DNA of 64,000 bases from Eukaryota sp. TZLM1-RC (Eukaryota; Protista; Metamonada: BaSk clade), in NCBI GenBank assembly GCA_040285825.1, contig JAUPSS010000002.1, positions 248,001-312,000 on the forward strand, given 5' to 3'. Below the pieces are notes generated by a model. That model was not told the origin of the DNA. It was given only the letters and a program-made list of their open reading frames with translations, and ran no database searches. Positions 48,430 to 60,545 of the stretch are shown here, in pieces. Position 1 is the stretch's first letter; every line of letters starts with the position of its first letter. A program made the position numbers and the translations under genes.

Positions 48430-49380
48430 AAACCATTTATATAAAGAATCAAATAAAAACAAAACAAACTAAAACACATAAGAAACTAAATTCTCCACGC
48501 CAACTCTTGATGAATCCTTATAAAGTTTAGACATCATTAAACTCAAGTACTTGGGAACACTTCTGTACAAAGCGAAAATGATACGATTTTTCCATAAATT
48601 CTCTGCAAAATTCTTACCACTTGAACGACATAAATTACCAAAATCATTGATGAAATTCAAGGCGGATTGTCCAATGTTGCCAAAAATCGAAAAGGCAAAA
48701 GGAACAAACGAAAACTTCGAATAAAGGTTCTTATTTAAATCATTTAATATCTCAGTATATTTATCTCTCTTACGATCTTCAGCCTTGTTTAAATGACCAT
48801 TAGTACTAAGTAAAACATCATCGCGATAAACAAAAGCAAAGGGATCAACTGTAGTGAAATCAACAACAACTTGAGAGGAATCCACAAAAGGAGCAATTAA
48901 ATCACCTCGACGTGAATTAAAAAGATTATCATCACTATAATGCTTCAACAAGGGGTCTACTTTGCAACTAAAATTGTAACACTTGAACATCTCATATGTC
49001 ACATCACGAACGGCATTATGAAGAACTGACCTATATTGGAGAAATTTCTTACAGCTCACAATATGACGAAAATTGGCAGTAGGTTTTTTGTTACAAATAC
49101 AATAAGAATTGTCCAAAAGACCACTTGGATACATCCCTAATCTCAACCGCATGTTTTGTTTCCAAGCTTCATTTGTTAAGTGAAGACCAAATGGCCTTGG
49201 TTGCTGAGATATTAAACTAGTACAGTTCTGAATGTCTGATAAAAAGGCAGCAAAGACGGGATTATTAATCTTAGTCACACTAAGTCGTTTAGAAAAATCC
49301 AGGTCTTCAAAACCAATAAGAACAGACTTCTGTAATTTCACAACAGCAAGATGAAGGTTGGTGAAAGATCTCGAAGGCAC
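48430..49380 (-). mobile_element. 5'-truncated RLE family B copy
   Basis: Nearly identical to 1094..2032; retains 10 bp missing near the end of the first copy. Confidence 0.9.
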
Positions 49381-49569
49381 AAATAATAATTCAAATAATA
49401 ATTATACATAAGAACATCAACTTGACTCATTCAGGTCCAACGATTTGAGTCGAGTTGACTCATTTAGATAATAGGTGATTCGACTTGGAGCTCAGTTGAC
49501 ACAACAAAAAGAGAAATCCTGTTGTTGAACAACTGAGAAATATTAAAAAAAGATTGTTTTTTTCCAAAG

Positions 49570-52097
49570 ATGTTCGTTATTCCACTACTGCTTTTAACTG
49601 TTCTAGCATCGTGTGCTGATCCGCTCATCCATTACACTGTAGGCACTGAAATTCATTACGATCTCCATTCCAATATTGATGTACGCCCAGTTGATAACTC
49701 TAAGCTCTACAAAGGTAGTACTGGTCGCCTCAACAGTTGGGCTGCCATAAGGTGCACCGATATTCAGGGTGATGGTCCTAATAGGAAGTATCTTTTCTTG
49801 ATGAACTGCTTTGATACAAAAGTTGGCACAGGAGAGACGAATGATGATGTTCCCCTTGTCCTTCCCTTCCCTGAATCCGCCTTTGGATCTCTGCTCGGTA
49901 GCTCTGCTCTTGGCAAAGATATGACGTTTCAAATGTCCGCAGCTGGTGAAGTTGAAAAGATATGGGCCTATACCAAAGATGGTAAGTTTCTACTCTGCTT
50001 TCTCTCACTTTAGATGATAGACTCATTCGCATCAGAATTGGTGTCATCAACTCTTTTGCCACCAGCGTCACCGCTGCTGGTTCTCAGAAACGTGTTCTCG
50101 AGCACGATCCAGTTGGTGTCCATTACTCTGCTGTTGCTGGCAAAAGTTCCTCATCCAATCTCCGTGTCCGTAAGACGTTTGGTACCCCTGATTTCAAACA
50201 ATTTGCTGATGAGCGAGTTCAACCTCATATGGTATCTTTCAATGGTGTTGGCGAGGTTGAAATCTCTGCTGAGGGTCATTTTGTTTCTACTCACGTGGAA
50301 CACGATCTCAGAGTACTCCGTCCTGCCAATGGTGATGACCTTTCAGTTGCTTTCAAATCACTTGGTTCTCTCAACATGGGACTCCTCAAAGGACCAATGA
50401 TGGTTAACAAACCAAGCCGTATTCATACGTTTGAAGGCATGTTTCAGCTTGAAAATGAAGGAAATATGACCTCTGATAACATGTTTGACTTCTCTAAGCG
50501 CCTCTTGTTTGCTGATGTCATTCATCCTGCTTCTATTTCACCCCATGATGTTCCTTCTATTCTCTCCTACTCTGCTAACCGAATGCTTGCTGATGATCAA
50601 AATCCTTTAATCCGAACTGTTGGCCTTTTACATGATATTGATACCTCCATCGAATCATCTGAACTAGTGAAGGCTGTAACTAAGACTGTTCACGCAGCTG
50701 CTAATGAAAAGGTTTATGATGTTGCTAAGCTTGGTCTTTATGTACTTTCTGCAGCAATGACGAGGGAATCTAGTGATGAATTAGCAATGTTTATCATGAC
50801 AGACCTTGAAGAAGTAAAACTTGAAGCCATTAAGGTAGCCACTAATTGTCGCTCCCCTACCCTTGATCTTGTTCAAGCTTTGATGTCTCAGTTGGAGTCT
50901 GATGATGAAGAAGTTCGTGTCTCATCTCTATTGGCGCTTGGTTCACTTGCCAAGAAGGTTGATATCCAGTCTCAAGAAGCTATTGTACGTAAGATTGAGT
51001 CAATTTCTTCTAATCCTGATTGGGAAATGAAACATATTGTTGCAGCCATTGGTAATGCCGGAGAGTCATTCCCTCTTGATCTAGCTGTTTCTCTCATCAA
51101 GGAAGCCATCACGCATGAGAATAGTGAAACCCGTGCTCAAGCAGTCAATGCTCTCCGCAAACGTTCTGTTCAGCATTCCAACAATCAGAATGTTGTTGCA
51201 CCCATCATTGTTGCTGGACTTCGTGATGTTTCTGAACATGTCAGAGCTAGTGCTGCCAAGATTGCTTCTCGTCTAGGTTTTGGAAATGGTGTTAAGTTTG
51301 TCAACTCTTTGATGCCCTATAATGTCTCTTGGTCCAAGGATATTGAACTCGGTGGTTCGACAGCTGGTCTCCAGGCAGGATTTGAATTATTTGGTGGCAG
51401 CAACTTTGACTGTAATCACCCAACTTTCAACTATGAAGCTCTAGCTAGAGGTGAGGTCACTGTTACTTTGTTTGATTCTTCTCATTCTGCAGCTTTGGCT
51501 GAAGTTGTTTATGGTAAAATCAATATGCAGCCACTTTCTGACAGAATCTTGGTGACCATTTGGGACGAAACCATTTACTCAAAGCCTCTTCAAGCTTATG
51601 ATTGTAAGGAACATGTCAAGCAAATTTTCCATACTGCGCCTGGTGTTTCCTATTCTTGGGTCTTTTTCATTTCTGTTATTCCTCTTGAAGTAAAGGTCTC
51701 TGCCTCATTAATTTTTAATGTCGAATGGGCTTGGGCTGTTTGCGATGGTGATTTGAGTGCTGTTGTCGACATTAGACCAAATGCTGTTGTCATGCTTTCA
51801 GGTTCTGCTCAGATCAATCTACTTATTGTTAGTGCTGGTGTGGAAATCAATGGAAATTTACATTCTAGAATTGTACCTGCAGCATATGTCAAAGGTTCCC
51901 TTTGTACGGTTGGCTTAAAGGCTACTCATATCATGAACCCTGTCAATGTTGATATTAACGCCTTTTTCAGAGTGTACAAGTGTAAATTCTGGTTCTTCAA
52001 TTGTAAGCTTCGCAATAAGAATGTTTATAATGTGTTCCATTGGGGTCTTCCCTCTCATGAACAAGTTCTCTTTGACAAGAACTATAAAATTGCTTAG
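49570..52097 (+). CDS. Secreted large-lipid-transfer (vitellogenin-N/MTP)-like protein; exons 49570-49981, 50014-52097
   Basis: Signal peptide; intron 49982..50013 (GTAAGT..CTCACTTTAG) joins the ORFs in frame; beta-rich N-terminus, helical repeats (LLALGSL, AAIGNAG, RAQAVNALR), beta-rich Cys-containing C-terminus. Gene model firm, product less so. Confidence 0.7.
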
Positions 52098-52861
52098 ATT
52101 GTGTTTGTTGTGTATATACCAATAAAGTTATTGTTTAGTTTTACACCTTCAAGAGTTTGGTCAATTTTGTTTTCTCCATGACAAATCAGCACAGATGTGG
52201 GCAAAAATAGATTAAACATAGTATCTTCACAAGTAAATATTTAAATATTCTTGAATTATTTTGCGAAACCAATTTAACAAAGTATTATTGAGGGATTGCA
52301 ATGCTTCTTTGTGCTCCTAGTAAATGATGTACGACAATTTTGCCATTAGTTAGGTCTGTTTAAATGTAGAAATTAAAATTCGAACTTTGTGAAACCCTTT
52401 ATAGATTTAAGACAAATTATATTTATGAAAGAAGGTGCCGATTTAGTCCAACATCAGTTTTAAATAATCAAAGAATAAAGTATCACTGTAGGAAGTTCGA
52501 ACAACTGATCGAACCTTGCGTGTCCCAGACTTCCGAGCTTGTACATAACATAGCTTGTAGAAACATAATAGTGGGGAAATTCCAATTATTTAAACTTTTA
52601 ATTGTCCCCTTCATCTCAATTCTAAGCTAACAGCTCACAAAAAATGATATTTACAAACAGCTGTTGATGGCTTGTCCTAGCTTAGATCCAAATGGTAACA
52701 CCAGTGGCTTTGTTCTCTTCGATTCCAGGGATATTTAGTAAATCAATCAGCATTCAATAATTTATTTAAACTACGTTAATTGTGAAGAACTCAAGAAACA
52801 GAGAACATTAACTCAAACTAAAGAAATAAGAAAAAGAATATGTACATAAATACAAAAAAAA

Positions 52862-54741
52862 CTAAAGTGACAATTTACCCAAAAACTCTTGACAAAGACC
52901 CTTAAATCGCCAGGTATCACCAGATATTCGACTAAAAGTAACCACATAAAGTGCATCAAACCCAAAAAGCTGCTTGACCTCTACTTCAAACTTAACATGT
53001 CCCTTGACACAATCGAGTTTGTAATTACCAACAACTTCAAACAATATTGCCAAATCACTGGCTACCTGTTTGATAATGGTTATAATTGTAGAAGGATCCT
53101 TAGAGCTTGTCGAATTGACATTAAATGCCCCCTTGTGAACCCTCAGATGAGATCCCTCTGTTGGAAGAGAGGGCTGAGGGCCAGGACTAGATACTAGATA
53201 AGTAGAATCAACAGCAATAGAGGCTCGGCGATTCCTGAATTCTGGCGAGTTTTGATCTGATGTTGATCGTTGATGTCGGGAAAAGCTCTCTTGAATTGGA
53301 GGAATTGGGAGTGTTGTTGCAAAATTACCATTATGAACGGTAGCATCTCTATTGACATCAACATGAGGGGCGAGAGAGTGACGCCTGGCTGCTTTATCAG
53401 GAGTATACTGACGATCCTTCTTTTGCTTTGAGGTAGCCTCACGAACATTAGATTTCCGATAACTTTCAATATAAGCTGATTCTTCATGTTCTGATTCTTT
53501 CAATTGATCACTATCAGCATCAGCGATGGATGCTACTGTATCATCTTCAGGAATGACATCAAGAACTGGTGTTCTCGAAGCCACAGATCCAGACCTGACA
53601 GATCGTCTCCGCCGTTCCTTATGACGAACAGGAGTTTCAAGAGAAGAAGTGACAGGAGCAACAACGCTTGATACTTTACTTGGGTTTTTCAACTTTTTGT
53701 CAAGTAATAAGTGATAGGTAGCTGTAACAGAATTGTGCTTCCCCTTGTTCAGTGATGTTAATGCGTACTGACGATCAAACCCTAGTGATTCTAACTGGAC
53801 AATAACATCTTCGTTAATTACCTTGTTGTTTCCTTGGTAGAGACCTTCACTTGACTCAGGATCTTGATAGTACTTATTATACCAATGATTTCTTCTTATA
53901 TCCTCAATAGTAAACCTCTTGTGGGGATCAACGGTGAGAATCCCTCGTAACAAAGAGCTAGCATCGGCAGACACGAATGAAGGAATTGTAAACTTCCCAC
54001 TTAATATCTTGCTATAGAGAGCAGGAGTGGAAGGGTCTTCAAAAGGAAGGAATCCGCAGATCAGAGCGTAAAGGATTACCCCCATGGACCATACATCAAC
54101 ACTAGGTCCTTCGTAACGATGTCCAGCGATCATTTCTGGGGCGGCGTAACATCTGGGGTGAAGAAGCTAAGCTAAAAACGTACGCTAGAGTTAGATGAAG
54201 AAATTGATAACAAACGTGAACCACATGCAGTTTTCAAGAGCTTGTCCTGCCTAACTGTATTAGAAAGTCCAAAATCAATGACTCTTATGTTTTTCTTTGC
54301 ATCAAGAAGTAGATTTTCAGGTTTGAGATCTCTGTGAATGATTTTGTGACGGTGACAATAATCTACACCATTGACTAGTTGATGGAAGAATTTACAAGCC
54401 TCTTTCTCTTTAATTCTAGTATGTGCAACAATATAGTCAAAAAGTTCACCACCTGATGCATACTCCATTACAAGATAAAGATGACGAGGAGAGTCTATGA
54501 CTTCAAGAAGTCTAATAAGATTGGGATGATCAAGAAGGCGTAAGATACGGATTTCGCGTGTAATACGCTCTATGTCGGCATGATCTTGGATCTTGCTTTT
54601 TTCGAGGACTTTCATTGCTACCTTGGAATTGGTGGGAATGTGAATAGCACGTCGCACAGTACCAAAAGTACCTTCCCCAATGACAGATCCCAGTGTGTAA
54701 TTACCAACCCTTTTGACACGAGAGTTTTCAGAGCTTCGCAT
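52862..54741 (-). CDS. SNF1/AMPK-family Ser/Thr kinase (kinase, UBA, KA1-like); exons 54741-54216, 54184, 54152-52862
   Basis: GEGTFG, VAMK, HRDLKPEN, DFG, TACGS[P]CYAAPE, DVWSMG; UBA-like ATYHLL; C-terminal FSRISGD. Confidence 0.95.
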
Positions 54742-54808
54742 TGGGAACAAGACAAGACAAAAAAGGTAACAAGATTTGATTTAATTAAAAAATGAATTTA
54801 TTTCTGAA

Positions 54809-55006
54809 ATGTCTGTTTCTACTGCTCTTGCTCGCATGCTTGAGCTTCGTGAACAGCATCGCACTAGAACAGAGAATGAAATTGCTCAAACACAAGCAAG
54901 TGAGGTATCATCTCTCCCTCAATCGCGAGATGTTTATGTTCGTCGTGGCGAGATCTTCTTCAAAACAACTTCTTCAAAGATCTCCACAGAGCTGCAAAAC
55001 TCTTGA
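54809..55006 (+). CDS. Small prefoldin-beta/ASDURF-like protein, 65 aa
   Basis: EVSSLPQSRDVYVRRGEIFF resembles the beta-prefoldin hairpin; ATG lies head-to-head with the kinase. Confidence 0.5.
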   Translation: MSVSTALARMLELREQHRTRTENEIAQTQASEVSSLPQSRDVYVRRGEIFFKTTSSKISTELQNS

Positions 55007-55183
55007 TTTAGACTATCACACCATACAATCTTTTTAAAACTTCACATTTTCAAAACTTCAATTGTGATATTCATATTTTGATTGATTTAAAACTCAAATT
55101 ATGCAGAACTTAAATACAAATTTAATTTAGAATGTTCTTTTTCTTATTGTTTTATTAATTTTATTCACACTATTTTTTAAACG

Positions 55184-55786
55184 CTACATCATTACACAAC
55201 ATCTATCGTGCTTCTTTGCCCTTTTATAAAACATTCTAGTTGACATTGATAAATCAGCTGAATCCTCCACCAACTTGTCCAACTGCTCTCCCCGTTGTAA
55301 AAGTTTGTCAATAGAATCCAGTAACACATGTTTTGTATCTTCAATGGTACTCATAATTGCTGTACACTGGTCAGCCTTTGCTGGGTCTTGAAACCTACTC
55401 AAAAGACCTTTCAGAGGGGGAAAAGGTACTGAAAAGTCTGATGAAGAGGACATCCACGTTGACTTTGGCACGGCTGTTGAAAACACTTCCAGGACTTTAT
55501 AAGTGACTGCAAAAGCAGCACGAGACGGATAGGCTTGGTCAGCAACAACAACTGCTCCCAGGTTGTCACTACGTAGGTAAGCATAAACTACCCAGCGGTC
55601 TTCATGTACTGTGTATCTAGTGGCAGGCTTCATTCGTTTAACCACTTCACGTGCAGAAAATTTGATAGTATCAGCCGCACCACCACGAAACATTCGACCA
55701 AAAGAAGTTAAGTCTGATTCTGAAGAAAGAATTACTGGCGGAGATTCAACATTCTGTCTTACTAGAGAAATCGCCAAGAGAGGCAT
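55184..55786 (-). CDS. YKT6: Longin R-SNARE Ykt6
   Basis: DLTSFG, YPSRAAF, FQDP, LLQRGEQLDKLV, MFYKRAKK and terminal CCVMM prenylation motif. Confidence 0.93.
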   Translation of the reverse strand: MPLLAISLVRQNVESPPVILSSESDLTSFGRMFRGGAADTIKFSAREVVKRMKPATRYTVHEDRWVVYAYLRSDNLGAVVVADQAYPSRAAFAVTYKVLEVFSTAVPKSTWMSSSSDFSVPFPPLKGLLSRFQDPAKADQCTAIMSTIEDTKHVLLDSIDKLLQRGEQLDKLVEDSADLSMSTRMFYKRAKKHDRCCVMM

Positions 55787-55857
55787 TGAATAAAAGTGAA
55801 GAAGGCCTTTCAAAATTCAGAATTTATAAAGTTCGCATAAATCTCCTTTTCATCACC

Positions 55858-56358
55858 ATGGCTTTCGTCTCCCAAGCACGAGGTAGACTTCTCAAAGAGT
55901 ACAAACAAATGACTGTTAATCCACCTGAAAATATAACAGCTGGTCCAATAAGTGAGGACAATTTCTTTAAATGGCAGTTTTCATTGTTAGGACCTCCTGG
56001 TAGTCTCTATGAGTCAGGGTACTTTAGTGGCATTATAGACTTTCCAAGAGACTATCCTTTTTCTCCTCCCAAACTAAAGTTCACAACACCAATCTTACAT
56101 CCCAATGTGTACCCGACTGGGGAAGTCTGTATGAGTATACTTCATAATCAAGTAGACCCCAGTGGCTATGAAAAGGCGACTGAGCAATGGACCCCTGGTA
56201 GTTCTGTAGCAACAATTCTAGTTTCATTATTATCACTACTAAGTGATCCAGCTTTTGATAGTCCCGCTAATCCAGATGCTGCAGTAATGTACAGGAACAA
56301 CCCTACAGAATACATCAAGGTCGTTCAGCAGTGTGTGCGACAGTCTTTAGGTCTTTAA
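55858..56358 (+). CDS. Ubiquitin-conjugating enzyme E2, UBE2G/Ubc7-like
   Basis: FPRDYPFSPP, HPNVYPTGEVCMSILH, acidic insertion DPSGYE, SPAN. Confidence 0.92.
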   Translation: MAFVSQARGRLLKEYKQMTVNPPENITAGPISEDNFFKWQFSLLGPPGSLYESGYFSGIIDFPRDYPFSPPKLKFTTPILHPNVYPTGEVCMSILHNQVDPSGYEKATEQWTPGSSVATILVSLLSLLSDPAFDSPANPDAAVMYRNNPTEYIKVVQQCVRQSLGL

Positions 56359-57074
56359 CTTGTTTTTTTTATATGATTGAAGACAAAAACAACTATGAAA
56401 TTCTGCATTCCCTTTGACTTGTTTTAGCACAGTCTACATTTTAATTTGAATAAATCTTATTAGATCAATGGCCAAGTTCAAAATAGACAAAAAAATAGAT
56501 GTTTCTGTGAGACATCTCAACGCCACATCAGTCTCATTTTTCCCAACATTGCAGCAACAAGTACTACATAGACTGCTACATCTATTATATTTTGTGATGC
56601 CCTTATAAGACTAATTGTACAACACTTGCTTCATTCTCTCCAACGACCTAATTCTCCTTGACTTCTTGCTGACTAGTAGTTACCATCAGGTTGTTGAACA
56701 AGATTCCAAACAGTTTGTTCTGATGCATCAATTGAGCACTACAGATATTAGACCTTTTGGAATTGTTTTTTTTAAATGTATTGTGCATTGTTGGATGTAT
56801 GTTGAATCAGGATGTGGGGAAAGTGTCTATCTTTTGAACATCAATTTGTTTTGGTTTTTGGAAAAAAAAACTGATTGGGTTTAAATCAAAGTTTTACTCA
56901 TAGTTTTTTGTCTATTAAAAAAACTATTTAAAAAAACCCTAGTTTTAACCCTAGTTTTGTCTATAAATCCATATCATGAAAAACTATTTTAAAAAAATCA
57001 GTAGTTAAAGTTGAGCAAATTTCATAGATTTTTTGATTAAATCTTTTGTTTATTAATTCATGACAAGGGCAAAC

Positions 57075-57600
57075 CTCTGTTGTCAAATCTGTTTGATACT
57101 GAAGATGATTTTCATAAGAATAATAGAGGTGATATAATATTACCTGGATTAGATGGAAGCTTCATTTTATTGGATGTAATGTCTGTTGATCCTTGTAATG
57201 CCTCAAATGAAAAGCTTGTTAATTCTGAAATTCATAATCCTCTTTCAATCACTGAGAATTTCAAAATCAAATAAATACAGTGAACCTTTGTCCAAATTGT
57301 CCAGTCAACAGAATGCAAAATACAATTTGTAATTATTTGTATTTTCTCTTTTTGGTTCACTTGCATCAACGGCTATACTTTTTTTGTGAGATTTTGAATT
57401 GATTGTGAAGAGAAGAACTAACAGAAATTTCCACAGATTGTTTTGGCAAAATAGAATTGTGTTTTCTATAATGAAGGGGATGTTGAAGATGGTTTCTGAT
57501 GCTTTGCTTTCTCTTGGATCACACTATGAGAGAGTTGCAGCTAGTGTTTCTGTTTTGGCAGAGATGGACTATTTAGATGTTGATTTAATGGTTTTTAATT
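57075..57600 (+). mobile_element. RLE family E 3' fragment
   Basis: NNRGDIILPGLDGSFILLDV; FWQNRIVFS. Confidence 0.85.
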
Positions 57601-57639
57601 GAAAATTAAAAAAAATAACAAGGGCAAACTGAACAAGAA

Positions 57640-59250
57640 TCTTAAATTTCAAAATCTTCATAGCCCAAATCAGCCAAAAAGAATTGACTGAATGTTTTTC
57701 CTTCACAAAAGCTACCAAGTGATAATAAAACAGAAAAAAATAAGGGTATAACACCTTTAGAATTTGAAAATACAATACTGCTTGCAAAAACGTCTTGTCA
57801 AAAACCTTCCCTGTATGATGTTTCACAATTTCAACAAAATCATCCAAGAAAGATAAAGCAATTGATCCAATTGAGGCATGCACGAAGAAAGCAAATGGAC
57901 AGAGGACACAATGAGTTTGCGATTCGGCATTCAAGGATAGCAACTTTGTTTTATTTATCAATCTTAGATTTTTGGGTAACACATAAGGGGTCCTTATGTT
58001 TTGACTGAGCTAATGGTAGGAAAGAATTATTACAGACATCAGTTGATCTCACATCAATAATGAATGTCGTCCCTTCAAGACCTTCAAGCATTAAATCACC
58101 TCTACTTCGACCAAAAGAATTCAAACTATCTTCATCAACCAAACGAGAACGTTGGTTCTAACTAGGAACCATCTTTGTGTGACTTTGACCTATAATAGAG
58201 TTGCTCCCTTATTGCTTTGCGAATTTTTGAACGAAAGTAACAAGTGTTTACAATTAAAAAGAAGGTTGGAAAAATTTTTGATCCACATTTGCAAATCAAA
58301 TTATGAGGTACGTATCGGGCCAAGTGAAACATCAAAGGCGCATTGTACAAGAAAACGTATCATCATCTAAAAGATCACAGATTTGAGGAATTTGAGTAAG
58401 TATACACGAAGGAGAACTGTTCTGGGCACCTAACAAAAAATTTGCGAAAGGGGGTTTATCATTTTTGGCCAAGACGAACATTAAAATCCAAGCCTTCAAA
58501 AATTATTGTTAATTATTGTTGCAATTTTTTAACACAATACCTCAAATTGTCTAGCGTTCTAGGTGGTAGTTTCTGTACATTATTGGGAAGACATTTACGC
58601 CAAATGTCAGGGGCAAATAATCATGAGTAATGTCAAAATCTCTTGAATAGTTATTACTTACAAAATTTAGTAAATCAACTTCCTTTAAAAAGAGTTTACA
58701 AATTTGTTCCGTTTATCAAGGAAAGAGGCTTGACAAAGAATTGAAGATTTGAAAGTTTAATACCACCAAAATTAGATGATGACAACACAGACTTCGAATT
58801 AGTTCAGGATTGACATCAATCAAATCAACTTCCATAAATATGTCAAGTCGATAACTTTTGAAATTGAACTGGGTTGAAATTGCTTCCAATCTGGCTACAA
58901 AATTGGTTGTGTGATCATTATTACCCAAGTTCAATGAGTAATCAATTTAATGGGGAATTTTGACTTCTTTATGTACTTCACCTTCTAATAAATAAATTTT
59001 CAAACAAATGATTTTTACTATTCAAAATAAAAGTAATAGAGGATACTCCTTTCCCACAACAGATGTTTCATCAATAACCTTACATCTTTGTAAAATCATA
59101 GAATTGACATTACTGGTGAATGATGCAAAGTTGAGCTTATTTTAAATAAAATAGGGGCAGAACTAGAAAATGTAACTGAAAATGCACCATAAATTCAATT
59201 TTTCATCGAAGTGAATCAAAAGAAAAACTTTTCTGGTGCTAAATTTGATC
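57640..59250 (-). mobile_element. RLE family C copy (partial composite block)
   Basis: Homologous to about 10610..12225; RSRGDLMLE..IIDVRS. Confidence 0.85.
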
Positions 59251-59375
59251 CAAATGATGATCTAGGGTGGGGGTTCATACCAAGGCGAGGGTTAAGTAAA
59301 TATAAAGTAAAGTAAATACAAAACAAATTTTTTGTATAAGTATAAAGAAATTATTAATTACACTTTTCCTCAATA

Positions 59376-60428
59376 ATGGACCTTAGCAATTTACCTGTGG
59401 GAACTGTGCAACAGATTGGAGATGTTACTCTACGGATAGAAGAGCTTCCTGTTGAAGAACACCTAGCTGAGATGAGCGAGTTATGTCTTGACCGAAGCTA
59501 TATTCCTTGTCCCATCATTGCATCTGATTACACGATACCTATAACTCTTGAGGCCCTTCATCTCACAGGAAACCGTATTTCAAAGATACAGAACATACCA
59601 CATCTGCCTCAATTACAAACACTGGTTCTCCGTCAGAACCTCATTGAAAAAATTGAAGGAATTAACCATCTTACGTCTCTTGTTGAACTTGACCTATATG
59701 AAAACAAAATTACTTATATTGAGAACATTGATAATCTCACCAACCTAGAGCATCTAGATTTATCATTTAATAGTATTAGCAAACTTGAAAACCTTTGCTT
59801 TCCTAAATTGAGAAACCTTTTTCTTGTAAAAAATAGAATTTCTACTATCGAAAACCTTGAACATCTTCCAAATCTTTCAAACCTTGAATTAGGCGATAAT
59901 TCCATCCACCAAATAGATAATCTTCAGTATTTAACAAATTTGGAAGCCCTTTGGCTAGGCAACAATTATATTTCCGTACTTGATAACTTGCAAGAGCTGA
60001 AAAAACTACGCATATTAGCTTTACCTAACAATAGAATAACAAACATCCCTGAATTAGGGTATTTGGCACCTCAACTAGAAGAACTGTACATATCTATGAA
60101 CGGAATCTCTTCATTGCAGGGAGTATTGAGTCTCACCAATGTCAAAGTTTTAGATCTTGCTTTCAACAGAATCAAATCCATCAAGGGAGTTTCAGTCCTG
60201 CAAAGTTTAGAGGAACTATGGCTCAACAACAATGAAGTGTGTTCTTGGGATGAAGTCTTTGAAGAACTTTCCCAATTGAACTGTTTGGATACTGTTTATT
60301 TCGCTAGAACTCCCCTGTCTAAGGATAAGCTATATAGAGTTAAAGTTATACAGGCTCAACCTAAGCTCTCTCAGATAGATGCTCTCCCAGTTATGGATAA
60401 CCTTCGGAAAATGTCAGGTGTTTCATAA
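59376..60428 (+). CDS. SDS22/PPP1R7-like leucine-rich repeat protein
   Basis: 22-aa SDS22-class LRRs (LDLYENKI, LDLSFNSI, LELGDNSI, LEELWLNNN) and LRR cap YR...L.QIDA. Confidence 0.85.
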   Translation: MDLSNLPVGTVQQIGDVTLRIEELPVEEHLAEMSELCLDRSYIPCPIIASDYTIPITLEALHLTGNRISKIQNIPHLPQLQTLVLRQNLIEKIEGINHLTSLVELDLYENKITYIENIDNLTNLEHLDLSFNSISKLENLCFPKLRNLFLVKNRISTIENLEHLPNLSNLELGDNSIHQIDNLQYLTNLEALWLGNNYISVLDNLQELKKLRILALPNNRITNIPELGYLAPQLEELYISMNGISSLQGVLSLTNVKVLDLAFNRIKSIKGVSVLQSLEELWLNNNEVCSWDEVFEELSQLNCLDTVYFARTPLSKDKLYRVKVIQAQPKLSQIDALPVMDNLRKMSGVS

Positions 60429-60545
60429 TTTGTGGCTGTTTATGTACATTTGTGAAGTGAATTGTCATAATATTATTTCAAGTCCGATGATATTGATGAT
60501 ATGACCAACATAATAAAAAAATTTTATTTACAAAGAGTCGGTGTT

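Noticed and set aside
54172-54750. Kinase annotated as two ORFs, a pseudogene, or with a single 63-nt intron
   Set aside because: A single intron shifts the frame; the two-intron, 1-nt-exon model restores the conserved motif exactly.
56936-56960. AACCCTAGTTTT repeated twice as telomeric sequence
   Set aside because: Only two imperfect units in A/T-rich DNA.
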